From Sedimentisphaerales bacterium (GTDB lineage: Bacteria > Planctomycetota > Phycisphaerae > Sedimentisphaerales > SM23-30): 64,000 bases of DNA. The position numbers and the translations under genes were made by a program. A model generated the notes under the pieces. It ran no database searches. It was not told where the DNA came from and saw only the letters and a program-made list of their open reading frames with translations. Positions 50,222-60,344 of the stretch are shown here, in pieces; the stretch's first letter is position 1; each line of letters opens with the position of its first letter. The stretch lies in the NCBI GenBank assembly GCA_963666285.1, contig OY762711.1, one strand, 5' to 3'.

Positions 50222-52429
50222 TCATTTTAGTTTTACGTTCATTTCTTTGAGCAGATTGTCTGCATGGTCGACGTTTTTCATGAACCAGAGTATATATCTG
50301 ATGTCGGCATGTATTGATCTGGTGATTTTTGGCATATATATCATGTCGCTTGCAAGAGATTCAGCGGTACCGTCAAAAAGCAGTCCGACCAGCTCACCTT
50401 TTCGGTTGAGTGTAGCCGAACCGGAATTACCTCCGGTGGTGTCTACATCTGACAGGAAGTTGACTGGTATGTCACCAACCTGTTTAGAATAAAAAGGTGA
50501 CTCGGGGCTGGTATTTTTAGCAGCCTCAACGAGTTCTTTAGGAGCGTTAAATGGTTTTATGCCGGTGTTTTTTTTGAGGACGCCGGATAAAGTTGTGAAC
50601 GGTTTATATAGTTCTGCATCAGGATATGGTTTGTAGCCTTTAACAGTCCCATATGTTATACGAAGTGAGCCATTGGCGTCAGGTGACATTGGAGTGCCGT
50701 GAAAGGTCTGCATTGCTTCGATATATTGGGGTTTTAGCAGTATCATTTCTGCCTGATATATTTTATCGGCATCTTCAAGTGATTTTGTAAATGGCCTGAT
50801 TCGTAGAACAAGCTGAATTGCCGGGTCAGTTGACTGGCGAAGCTGTTGTGTCTTAGCGGTATTGAATAAATCAACTCGCGTATTTATATTGTCCACAGTA
50901 AGATTATCGTTGAATAGATTGTCAACAAAAGAGTCAATTTTTGAGGAGTCGTTGGCTATTTCACTATTGAATAGACTAAGTATTGGTTTGCCCCGGTCGT
51001 CCGGCAACTCTGCAATTTTATTAAGATAATAGGTTAGAATTGCTTTGTCGATAATTGGATCGTATGAGGTTTGTGCCCGCTGGAGAGATTGTATAGTACG
51101 AGTCCAGTTACGCTGCTGGTAAGAAGGATCTCTCTCGGAGTCTGGTTTTGGACGTTCTTCGGCCATACTTACAATAGTATGGGCTGAGTTAATTACAGAT
51201 ACTGAATGAACCAGCCCAAAGATTAGCGAGTTGGCATAGGCAGTTTGCTGTCGCTGGATCTGTAGTGCCGCAATTTCGTTAATGGTATTACCCCATTTAT
51301 TTTTTCGGGAATAATCTTCGTTTAGCCAGGCGATCAATTGCTGTTGTTTGTTAATTTTCCTTTTCAGCAGGTCGTTACTTTCAAAGTTTTCCTGAAGAGA
51401 TTCTAGGTATTTAAGTGAGTTCAGGATTCCTTTAATCGACGGCGTAACCTTGATATTAAGCTCTTCGCTTTGTTTGGCTAGTTTATCATATATCTCGTGT
51501 TTTTCAGTGAGTATTTGAATAGCATTGGGGTTATTCTCCAGATATGCGAATTCTACCTGTTCGGCGGTCCACCATCTCTGAGTTCTGCCCGGATATCCTG
51601 CTACCATGACAAAATCATTTTCTATTAATGGTTCGGTTGCAATATGGAGATAATGTTTTGGCTTGTATGGTACGTTTTGTGGAGAGTATTCGGCGACAGA
51701 GCCATTGGGGGCAACGTAAGCTCGATAGAATGCTACATCGCCGGTATGTCTGGGCCAGTTCCAGTTGTCAATATCTCCACCGTAGCATCCGATAGCAAGC
51801 GGTGGAGCGTAGACCAGTCGAATATCCTTAAGTTCTAGTTTTTTTATCAGGTAATAGGATTGCCCTTCAAAGAAATTCTGTACAGAGCAGCGTATTCCAT
51901 TTTCAGGTTCTTCATTTTCAGCAACCAGTTTTTTAATCCTGTCTTCTATCGTATTGTATCGAGTCAGGGGATCTTCTATCCGGTCAATATCTTTTCTGAC
52001 GATTTTGGTTACATCAACTATTTCCTGAGTGACAGAAACTTTTTTACCGGTTTCAGCGGGCAGCTCTTCAGATTTATTTTTAGCCAGGAACCCATATTCG
52101 TATATGTTGCAATCCGGTGTGGAATGTGTTTGTAATGAACGGTAAACGCAGTGATGGTTAGTAATAATAAGGCCTTCCGGGGAAACAAAAGAAGCGCTGC
52201 ACCCCATACCAACAATTGCTCCTAGAGGATGGGCTAGTGGATTGGTAAGTGATTCTGGGTTTTGGACTCCAAGTGATCGGAGTATTTTTTGCTGATCGTT
52301 CAGCTGCTGTGGCATCCACATGCCGCCCGGGTTCTCGAACTCCATGCGAGCCTGCCGGGAGTTATCGTGGCAGCCAGTGGAAAGCGTTATCATTAGGGAT
52401 AAGATTATCACAAGAACTTTGTTTTTCAT
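50222..52429 (-). CDS. S46 family dipeptidyl peptidase (DPP7/DPP11-like), probable lipoprotein
   Basis: GGMWMP, CSASFVSPEGLIITNHHC, DNWNWPRHTGD, PDANGSLRITYG, DTTGGNSGS. Lipobox-like LSTGC. Confidence 0.95.
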   Translation of the reverse strand: MKNKVLVIILSLMITLSTGCHDNSRQARMEFENPGGMWMPQQLNDQQKILRSLGVQNPESLTNPLAHPLGAIVGMGCSASFVSPEGLIITNHHCVYRSLQTHSTPDCNIYEYGFLAKNKSEELPAETGKKVSVTQEIVDVTKIVRKDIDRIEDPLTRYNTIEDRIKKLVAENEEPENGIRCSVQNFFEGQSYYLIKKLELKDIRLVYAPPLAIGCYGGDIDNWNWPRHTGDVAFYRAYVAPNGSVAEYSPQNVPYKPKHYLHIATEPLIENDFVMVAGYPGRTQRWWTAEQVEFAYLENNPNAIQILTEKHEIYDKLAKQSEELNIKVTPSIKGILNSLKYLESLQENFESNDLLKRKINKQQQLIAWLNEDYSRKNKWGNTINEIAALQIQRQQTAYANSLIFGLVHSVSVINSAHTIVSMAEERPKPDSERDPSYQQRNWTRTIQSLQRAQTSYDPIIDKAILTYYLNKIAELPDDRGKPILSLFNSEIANDSSKIDSFVDNLFNDNLTVDNINTRVDLFNTAKTQQLRQSTDPAIQLVLRIRPFTKSLEDADKIYQAEMILLKPQYIEAMQTFHGTPMSPDANGSLRITYGTVKGYKPYPDAELYKPFTTLSGVLKKNTGIKPFNAPKELVEAAKNTSPESPFYSKQVGDIPVNFLSDVDTTGGNSGSATLNRKGELVGLLFDGTAESLASDMIYMPKITRSIHADIRYILWFMKNVDHADNLLKEMNVKLK

Positions 52430-52818
52430 AATTAAGCTCCAATTATCGTAATGCCGTTAGCGAATTCATCATCTTCATGCCGAAAATATTGAGAATATGC
52501 CATAGGTAAAGAAAAGTCAATAGCTTAGTTCAGGTTATATGTGTTTGTGAACGTGATGGTTATGGCCAAGAAGTAAATATAGCGGCTTTTTGAGTGAAAT
52601 TCGTAGCGATATTTGTTTTCGATTATAAAATACTGAGTAATAATCGTTTAATGATGTTGAAGCGGCTTTAATTGTAAATATCTGTTTATTAATATGGCAT
52701 TCAGATGTTCGCAAAAATGGTACCAGCTACTGTATCGGCAGTGTTAAGTGAAATTCTGTAAATGTTGCATTAAATACTTACGCAAATATTGTCATAGCAA
52801 AAAATGATTGTTTTTCTG

Positions 52819-52847
52819 TTGACATGCAGTAGTAATACTGTTATAAG
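52819..52847 (+). promoter_or_regulatory. Sigma70 promoter with an inverted repeat in its spacer
   Basis: TTGACA-N17-TATAAG with an extended TG. CAGTA-GTAA-TACTG inverted repeat at 52827-52840. Confidence 0.65.
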
Positions 52848-52966
52848 AATACTATAAGGCGTTCTTTTTTGAGATGTAATCAGGCGTTCTTTCTTTTTGT
52901 TTTGTGTTCTAAATTAATTTCGTTTGTGCAACTAAAATTTTACTTTCATGAATAAGGAGAAGTATT

Positions 52967-54322
52967 ATGAATAGGTCTGTCGTAATATTAATGGTTTTGT
53001 GTATGGTATCAGTTGGTCAGGCAATAATCTTAGACTTTGAAGACGGTGTTGGTGAATGGAGTACTGCAAATAGTGCAAATACACTTGAACAAAGTACAGA
53101 AGGTGTTACATCCGGTTCATACAGCATGAAATACACATTAAGTACGGATTCATATTGGGGATTCCAATGGAATGCTCCGGTAGTTCCAGATGAATTTGGA
53201 ATAGTAAAATTTGATATCACCCGTTTTGCCGCAGATTGGCCTGCCGATCATTGGACCAGCGTTGGTGATAAGATAGCCTTTAACAGTGATGGTGCCGGTG
53301 GTTGGAAAGAGTTTCAACATATAGCTGTAATAAACAAAGAAACCGGCGAAGAAATCGGCAGTACCGATTGGGGGTCATGGAGTGGCGATACTGTATGGAC
53401 TCTTGTTTATGATTGTTCTGACTATGATGCAACAGGCGCAAACTGGTTTCAGGTGATTATGTCAACTAATTCCGGTACACCATCTACTCCGGGTATATTA
53501 TATGTTGATCATGTTCAATTTCCTGTTCCAGCTCCACGTGATCCGAGCCCGGCAGATGGCGGACTTGGAGGCCTCTTGACAGATCTTAGCTGGACCAATG
53601 CCTATGAATCCATGAATAGTGTGACAGTCTGGTTTGGTGATCCGAATGATAATATTACTGAAGATACCTATAAAGACTACTTGAGCGAGGTATATACAGA
53701 AGATTCTCCTGGAGTTACCAGTACATGCCCTAACGCTAATCTTGGTACATTGGTTGAAGATAAAGAATATATGTGGTGTGTTGAAAGCCATGATCCTAAT
53801 GTTCCGATTCCGTTCTGGACCTTTACTGCTACTCCTAACCAGGCTCCAGTAGCTGATGCGGGAGCTGATCAGGACCTTTATGGCGGATCACCTTATGCAG
53901 CCACTTTGGATGGAAGCGGTTCCAGTGATGACGGTCTTATTGCCCCGTTGACTTATTCCTGGGTGCAAACTGCCGGTCCAGATGCGGAAATTGATTCACC
54001 AGATGCGGCAATTACTACTGTTACTCTGCCGGAGTTAGCCAATAGTGTTGAATACTGGAATAATCCGGTTGCCGCCTATTATGAATTTGAGCTGACTGTT
54101 TCTGACGGGCAGGCTCAAAATACTGATAGTATAACAGTTACACTTAGTACAGATTCCTGTGTGGCATCTGTAGAAGCTGGTGGATACTATTATTATGCGG
54201 ATATTGCAAGTGCTGCCGGAGTTGGAGATGAATATCGTGACTGTAAAGTTGACCTTTATGACTTTGCCGAGATGGCAATTAACTGGCTTGGTTGTTCAAA
54301 CAATTTTGAGCCTTGTCCTTAA
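52967..54322 (+). CDS. Secreted protein with a CBM-like N-terminus, PKD/Ig-like domain and a single dockerin-like repeat
   Basis: AAGGAG RBS and signal peptide; NQAPVADAGADQ...LDGSGSSD...LTYSWVQTAGP; DCKVDLYDFAEMAINWL. Confidence 0.8.
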   Translation: MNRSVVILMVLCMVSVGQAIILDFEDGVGEWSTANSANTLEQSTEGVTSGSYSMKYTLSTDSYWGFQWNAPVVPDEFGIVKFDITRFAADWPADHWTSVGDKIAFNSDGAGGWKEFQHIAVINKETGEEIGSTDWGSWSGDTVWTLVYDCSDYDATGANWFQVIMSTNSGTPSTPGILYVDHVQFPVPAPRDPSPADGGLGGLLTDLSWTNAYESMNSVTVWFGDPNDNITEDTYKDYLSEVYTEDSPGVTSTCPNANLGTLVEDKEYMWCVESHDPNVPIPFWTFTATPNQAPVADAGADQDLYGGSPYAATLDGSGSSDDGLIAPLTYSWVQTAGPDAEIDSPDAAITTVTLPELANSVEYWNNPVAAYYEFELTVSDGQAQNTDSITVTLSTDSCVASVEAGGYYYYADIASAAGVGDEYRDCKVDLYDFAEMAINWLGCSNNFEPCP

Positions 54323-54359
54323 TAAATTGTCATAAGTCAATTATAATTATGTATTACTA

Positions 54360-54401
54360 AGGGCCTAGTTCAGTTAAGTACTGGACGAAGCCCTTTTTTT
54401 T
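54360..54401 (+). terminator. Intrinsic terminator
   Basis: AGGGC..GTTCAGT-TAAGT-ACTGGAC..GCCCT followed by a long T-run. Confidence 0.75.
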
Positions 54402-54657
54402 GAAATTGTATTAGAGCCGGATAGCATAACGGCAGTTCTGTTGATTGATATTTGCGGCTGAGATCAAAGTAAGAACGGCATAGAGTAGCATTTTATTAGC
54501 AGTATTGAGTTCTCAGTATGGCAAGGCGTGCTGAAAGCAGGCTTGATAAAATCAGATTTATATATATAATTCTGGTTTGATTCGTATATGTCCAATTCTG
54601 AAAGCGAGCAGTTTGAAACAGGTGGATAATAGTACATGTTAGGATAAGGGTTAAAAT

Positions 54658-55695
54658 TTGAACCGTAAGAAACAAATCAGTCTTAAGCAAATTGCAGAGG
54701 CAACTAACCTCTCAATTACTACAGTGTCAAGAGTACTGCGTGACAAGGGGGAAATATCTCCGGAAACTCGCAAAAAAGTACTAGCTTATGCCAAAAAACA
54801 TAATTATCGTCCAAACCTGCTAATACAGGGAATTCAAACCGGCCGTACGGGCAATATTGGGGTTATGGTACCGCCAAATAACTCATATTGGTCTTCTGTA
54901 TTATACGGAATTCATGACACTCTTGTCGAGCATGATTATGCCGGGATCATTTTGTGGGATGAGTATCAATCTAATCCACCATTGGAAAACAAAAAAAAGT
55001 TTATGCTTGAGCAAATGCATCGCTTAATAGATCGGCGTGTGGATGGGATTATTCTTTGGCCTAAAGTGAGTGAAGTATATAGTGATCATCTGGATGAACT
55101 GGAATCGCGTGATTTGCCTGTCGTAACAATTGATAACGAGCTTGATTTTTCGGATTCAGTATTAACAAACGAAAGGTTAGGTTCCGAGCTGGTTGCGGAA
55201 CACCTTTATAACCTGGGACACCGTAAAATAGGGCATTTGAGTGGTAACCAGGAGTGGACATGGGCCAGGCTTAGGCGTAAATATTTTGAAAAGGCCCTGT
55301 CGGCTTACCCTGATGCTAAATGTATAACCGAAATTGGTTCAGACGATGTGGATGACATTCCAGATGCTGCAAGACGGCTTCTCAGCCAGGATATTACAGC
55401 GATTTTTTCATTCAGTGACTGGTCTGCTTTCGAAATATATATGATCGCTCAGGAGATGAATATACGTATCCCGGAGGATATATCTATTGTCGGCTACAGC
55501 GACTCGCATAAGATAGCACAGATTATCAATCCTCGCTTGACGACAGTACGACAAAAGCCGCGAGAAATAGGAATTGAGGCGGTTAACCTGTTAATGGACC
55601 GTTTGAATAATAAAAAATCTTCCGCCAAAAACATACGTACCGTAATCGATTGTGAATTAATCATCCGCAACTCAACAAAGGAAGTAAAATCATAA
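54658..55695 (+). CDS. LacI family transcriptional regulator
   Basis: SLKQIAEATNLSITTVSRVL HTH, YRPN hinge, IPEDISIVGYSD, LTTVRQ. TTG start. Confidence 0.95.
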   Translation: MNRKKQISLKQIAEATNLSITTVSRVLRDKGEISPETRKKVLAYAKKHNYRPNLLIQGIQTGRTGNIGVMVPPNNSYWSSVLYGIHDTLVEHDYAGIILWDEYQSNPPLENKKKFMLEQMHRLIDRRVDGIILWPKVSEVYSDHLDELESRDLPVVTIDNELDFSDSVLTNERLGSELVAEHLYNLGHRKIGHLSGNQEWTWARLRRKYFEKALSAYPDAKCITEIGSDDVDDIPDAARRLLSQDITAIFSFSDWSAFEIYMIAQEMNIRIPEDISIVGYSDSHKIAQIINPRLTTVRQKPREIGIEAVNLLMDRLNNKKSSAKNIRTVIDCELIIRNSTKEVKS

Positions 55696-55723
55696 TTGCA
55701 TTTGTTTTGTAAGTGACTTTTGT

Positions 55724-56959
55724 TTAGTCCAGCCATCTTTTTGAAATAAAGCTGAATTCATCTTGCGTGTAAGGGTTCAGCCAATTTTCGGCCAGTATAA
55801 TTAAATCATCAAAATTAATCATGCAATCATGGTTGAAGTCGCCATTTGTTCGACAAGGCTGGTCATCATTTCTTCTTGTGTAAAGAGTATCTTTCAAAAA
55901 ACAACCCATTTCTCCTTCGCCGCAGCGAAGCGACCAGTCTGAATAGAACATTGGAGGTCCCCAATTATAGCTTGCCACCCAGGCAGTGTTGCTGATTCCC
56001 TGGTTTTCGAGGAATTCCATCAGCGGTTGACCGTATTCGGTGATCGTTCCATTGAGCATATCATCAGGGTCGGGGCTGCCGCTCTGGCTGAATCCCCATT
56101 CCGTCATGAAGACAGGGTGTACCGCATGGCAGGTGGTAATTTGATTTCGATAAGCGCCGTGCCAGTAGGAGTCGTTCCAGTGACCGGGGTAGATGTGGGA
56201 AACATAAGCAATGTTATTATTGCCGATAGGGTCACTTACGGGATAATTTGCAGCCAGTCCGATTGCCTGGGAATAGAAAGGCCCGGCTACCAGTATAAGA
56301 TTATTGGGTGCGTAATTACGGACAATATCGATCCAGGTTTGCATATCTGCCCTGACGCTAAGCCAGTCGTTTATGTCATTACTGTTAAAAATCCAGTCTC
56401 CGTTTATGTCATTAATAGGCTCGTTAAACAATTCAAAGATGACATGGCTGTCGTTAGCAAATCTTTGAGCCATGTATTCCCAGAATTCGCTGGTAGAATT
56501 GACATGCTCGTATGTATTGGCGACATAATGCCAGTCGATAATAACGTATAAATCTTTGGAAAGGCAATAGTCCACAATTGGCCGTAAAAGATTATTATAG
56601 AGATTGTCATTATCTGGGTTAAACGGGTGCGGCCAGTTACTGACAGAATCAGGAGGGGTAATATTTATCCGCAAAACTTTGGGATACCAGCCAGTGGAGC
56701 TGCCCTGGGTATCGGTTTTATCAGTAAGTCGATCAATCATTTGGTATGCACCACCATGCCATTCCTCCAGGAATCCCAGGTCAATCATGTCAATACCACG
56801 CAGTACTACAACGTTGCCATCTGGGTCTTTTATTTGATTACCCTCAACATGCAGCCATGGAGTTGCAGCAAAAAGAGGAGTAGACAAGAATATTAATATT
56901 TGAATTAATCTAGAGATTTTCCTGAGTTCGATCATGGGGATTGGAATAGATTCTTCCAT
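55724..56959 (-). CDS. GH5 endoglucanase/cellulase-like enzyme with a dockerin-like tail
   Basis: LHVEGNQI, YVIIDWH, FELFNEP (acid/base), HIY, PVFMTEWG (nucleophile), GDFNHDCMINFDDL. Confidence 0.93.
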   Translation of the reverse strand: MEESIPIPMIELRKISRLIQILIFLSTPLFAATPWLHVEGNQIKDPDGNVVVLRGIDMIDLGFLEEWHGGAYQMIDRLTDKTDTQGSSTGWYPKVLRINITPPDSVSNWPHPFNPDNDNLYNNLLRPIVDYCLSKDLYVIIDWHYVANTYEHVNSTSEFWEYMAQRFANDSHVIFELFNEPINDINGDWIFNSNDINDWLSVRADMQTWIDIVRNYAPNNLILVAGPFYSQAIGLAANYPVSDPIGNNNIAYVSHIYPGHWNDSYWHGAYRNQITTCHAVHPVFMTEWGFSQSGSPDPDDMLNGTITEYGQPLMEFLENQGISNTAWVASYNWGPPMFYSDWSLRCGEGEMGCFLKDTLYTRRNDDQPCRTNGDFNHDCMINFDDLIILAENWLNPYTQDEFSFISKRWLD

Positions 56960-57219
56960 TTTTTTCTCCTCATATAACGACAGAATAGTATGATTTAAGA
57001 GATATTACAAGAATTTACACAATCAATCACAATACTATAATTATATAGAATTAACTGAAATACGTCAAACAAATATTTGCGGCTTTGAGAAATGTGTAAA
57101 AACAACCCTTTGTATGCTTGAAAGATAATTTATTGAATTGCCAATGTGGGGGAAGATTGAAGGTCGGTTGTATAATTTTTGGTTTGTGTCAAGGTTGTAA
57201 TAGAAACGGGAAAAATACA

Positions 57220-58752
57220 TTATTTGTTACTGATTGGGTGTGGTTGTTTGTCGTCATTTTCTGCCTGGGCTGAAGTGGTATAACCAATGAATTGATCGGC
57301 CCTTATGAGTAATGAACGTGTATCCTTGATTGAATAATAATATAATCCGCTTCGGCTGGCAATAAAGTTGACTCCATTGGTATTTACTTTTCCATGCCAA
57401 GAGAAAGCCGGAGCTTTTACAGGAAAAGAAGAAACAGGTAGATAGCCAGCATCTTTTATACCATAACCAGTTGGAGAATCCGGGAAAAGCTTTGCAGCTG
57501 ATTCTATATTCTCTCGTGAGCTATAATTGAAATACAAAATTGCTGACAGGCCGCAGAGTAAGGTCAGGATAATTGCAATGGCTATACTTTTATTTTTTGA
57601 CGCGATTGAAATTGAATCTAAAATACCGGCAAAAGTTTTTCCTATTGTCGATCTGCTGAGATCATTGTATGAAGTACCTGTTTTAGAGAGTCTTCCCTGC
57701 CAGCCAATTTCAATAGTTGAGCCTTCCAGGTTAGGGGCATCTCCAATTTCTGAAGATAGAGAAATTGTTTCAGCGTGTAAAATTGCGGCTACTTCAGCAG
57801 CGGTAGGGCGGGAATCAGGTTCTTTAGCCATCATTCGTTTGACTGTCAATGCCAGATTTTCAGAACAGCCGGGTAATATAATACGCAGGTCTGGCGGTTC
57901 TTCCTGCAGGTGTTGTCGGAAAACATCTTTGATATTGTCAGAGTCATAGGGTGGGTTGCCGGTCAGGATATAGAATAAGGTAGCTCCCAGGCTATAGATA
58001 TCAACTGCCGTACTAACAGTTTCCTTACGAATCAGTTCAGGTGCCATATAAAAAGGAGTTCCAATTGATTGATGGGCAAAACTGTCGAAAGGGTCGTCTG
58101 GATCATCCACTCTTACTAATCCGAAATCACTCACCTTACCATGTCCGTTTCGTGTTACCAGTATATTACTTGGTTTTATATCTCGATGAATTATACCGAT
58201 TTCGTGGGAAGCCTGTAACGCAACCGCAGCATCAGCAATAATAGGACACGCCCTGGAAGCAGGCAGTGCACCGGCAGCTTTAACAATTTCTTTCAGATTG
58301 TTGCCAGAGATCATTTCCATAGCAATATACCACCAGTTGGCGTGTTTGTTGATCTCATATACCCGGACAATGTTAGGGTGTTCTACAGCAGCAGCTGCGC
58401 GAGCCTCGCGCAGAAACTGGTCAACAGCAATCTGTTTATTCTTACCCTGACTAATTTTTTTTAATAGTATCTTTAATGCAACAATTCGTTTCAGGTTAAT
58501 ATCTTCTGCCTGTATAACCAATCCCATGGAACCTTCCCCTATTTTGCGGATCAACTTAAAATGTCCCATGATTTTCCCTACCCAGGGAGGTTGTTTTGCG
58601 CCATGTTTTACAACCGTGGAATCGTTATCATCGACTTCATTTTCACCTAAGATATCAGGAGAGATTTCCGGTTTTTTTTCATTGATTAAAGTCAGGGTGA
58701 AGTCTCTTTCATCCTGCGGGGAAATCTCGTTATTTTTATTCCAATCGTTCAT
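57220..58752 (-). CDS. Hanks-type Ser/Thr protein kinase with a TM helix and a small C-terminal domain
   Basis: IGEGSMG, VALK, HRDIKPSN, DFG, GTPFYMAPE, DIYSLG. Confidence 0.95.
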   Translation of the reverse strand: MNDWNKNNEISPQDERDFTLTLINEKKPEISPDILGENEVDDNDSTVVKHGAKQPPWVGKIMGHFKLIRKIGEGSMGLVIQAEDINLKRIVALKILLKKISQGKNKQIAVDQFLREARAAAAVEHPNIVRVYEINKHANWWYIAMEMISGNNLKEIVKAAGALPASRACPIIADAAVALQASHEIGIIHRDIKPSNILVTRNGHGKVSDFGLVRVDDPDDPFDSFAHQSIGTPFYMAPELIRKETVSTAVDIYSLGATLFYILTGNPPYDSDNIKDVFRQHLQEEPPDLRIILPGCSENLALTVKRMMAKEPDSRPTAAEVAAILHAETISLSSEIGDAPNLEGSTIEIGWQGRLSKTGTSYNDLSRSTIGKTFAGILDSISIASKNKSIAIAIILTLLCGLSAILYFNYSSRENIESAAKLFPDSPTGYGIKDAGYLPVSSFPVKAPAFSWHGKVNTNGVNFIASRSGLYYYSIKDTRSLLIRADQFIGYTTSAQAENDDKQPHPISNK

Positions 58753-58756
58753 CTTC

Positions 58757-59911
58757 TTATTCCGATTGTTTATGTATGCCGTTAAAGTATATTATTGTAA
58801 TTATGCTCTGGCGTGCGGCTCTTCCTTCACTGATATCTCCTTCATCGCTTCCCAGGGCAATGTAAGGGCTGTTTCCAAGTCTGCACACAGCTTCTATTGT
58901 CATATCCGGGATGCCGGCTATCCAGACAGGTTCATCCTGTTTATGACCGCTCCACCAAAACAAGGCACTATCAAGATTGTTAGGAGGATACGGGCTGTCA
59001 GGGTCTAATTGCGGGCCGTTGCTTTTAGCGGCAGTTATCAAATATCCGTTAGTCAGCGGGTCCCAGGTGAGGTCACTTATGCCGCGGTTGCCCAGGTTTA
59101 ATAGAAAGAAGTCAATAAGTTTTAGAGTTTCCGGATGAGTTGAACTTAAAATATTATCTATACCGTCAACGACAAAAAGTATTGCGTCTCCTGCATAAAT
59201 CGGGTTTCGCATGCCGCAAAGAATGTATTTATTGTCCGGAGTAAAGGTAATTCCTTCTACGTTTCCCCAACGGTAAGTATTTTTATCTTCACCAATATAG
59301 GCGGCATCAAAAGCGTAATATGGTTTGACTTTAATCTTTTCAAAACACTTTTCCAGCTGCATGCGAATGGTCTCAACCGAGAATACCCTGCTATTATCAA
59401 ACTGTAAAGCTGATGTTGATTTCAGACTGCACATGAGCATTTGCCGCCTCTGAGGTAGAGGCTGTGCGTCAGGAGCATTACTTAAAGAACACATGGCATA
59501 AAGATAGGTATTCTTTCCCTTTATTAATAGGGCCATAGATTCAAGATCGTTAAGGAGATATTGTTCATTATGGACTATGATCCATGGTTCGGGAGTGCCA
59601 ATTTCCATTTTTTCCAGATCTACCGGACAGCTGAATATCAGATGTCGGTGGCGATCGCTGGTAATAAGCAGGCTGCCATTGTCCCAGGCAAGACTGCTGC
59701 ATTCAAGGGCCACCTTTCCCTGCTGCTGGTTGGAAGTTTCAGCACGTGTAGTAATATCTTTTTGTGCAACAACCGGAGGTTCGATAATGCCAAATCGGAT
59801 TTCATATATTCTTGATGGTAATTGATCGTTTTGGGCATGGAGAACTGTATTGCCAAGACATGTAACGAGCATTAGCAAAAAAAATAGCGATTTATTATTA
59901 AAATATGACAT
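58757..59911 (-). CDS. Secreted DUF3616-like beta-propeller protein
   Basis: Signal peptide; DLESMA, NVEGITF, GMRNP, LNLGNRGISDL and IEAV motifs. Confidence 0.65.
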   Translation of the reverse strand: MSYFNNKSLFFLLMLVTCLGNTVLHAQNDQLPSRIYEIRFGIIEPPVVAQKDITTRAETSNQQQGKVALECSSLAWDNGSLLITSDRHRHLIFSCPVDLEKMEIGTPEPWIIVHNEQYLLNDLESMALLIKGKNTYLYAMCSLSNAPDAQPLPQRRQMLMCSLKSTSALQFDNSRVFSVETIRMQLEKCFEKIKVKPYYAFDAAYIGEDKNTYRWGNVEGITFTPDNKYILCGMRNPIYAGDAILFVVDGIDNILSSTHPETLKLIDFFLLNLGNRGISDLTWDPLTNGYLITAAKSNGPQLDPDSPYPPNNLDSALFWWSGHKQDEPVWIAGIPDMTIEAVCRLGNSPYIALGSDEGDISEGRAARQSIITIIYFNGIHKQSE

Positions 59912-60344
59912 AAATTATATTCCTAATACACTTAATTTTAGGGATATATTTGTATGTGTGTCAAGAATAATCATTGTTTACATTACTGTAGTATCAATCA
60001 GTATTTTTATTGAAAGATGTGTTATTTTTACAGATGGAATATCGATTTGAGATTATTTTGCAGATAACTGTAAATTATTCAGCATTAGGAACTGTATTTC
60101 AAAGAATATTAGAGGGGGGTGTTGTGTTATAAGTGTTTGCAGTTTAGTTATTTATGTGGGTTTTGTTGTTCTGGGACAAGTTGTTTTACCACATAGGCTT
60201 ATAGTTGAAAAATGAGTTTTTTGATAGAGAGCTAATTATCCATTGTTTATTCTTTAAACCATTATTGAACAGGATAGATATTTAGTTTATCATAAAGTCC
60301 ATAGTATTGTTATTTATTAACTCTTTTTAATTGAATTACACATT

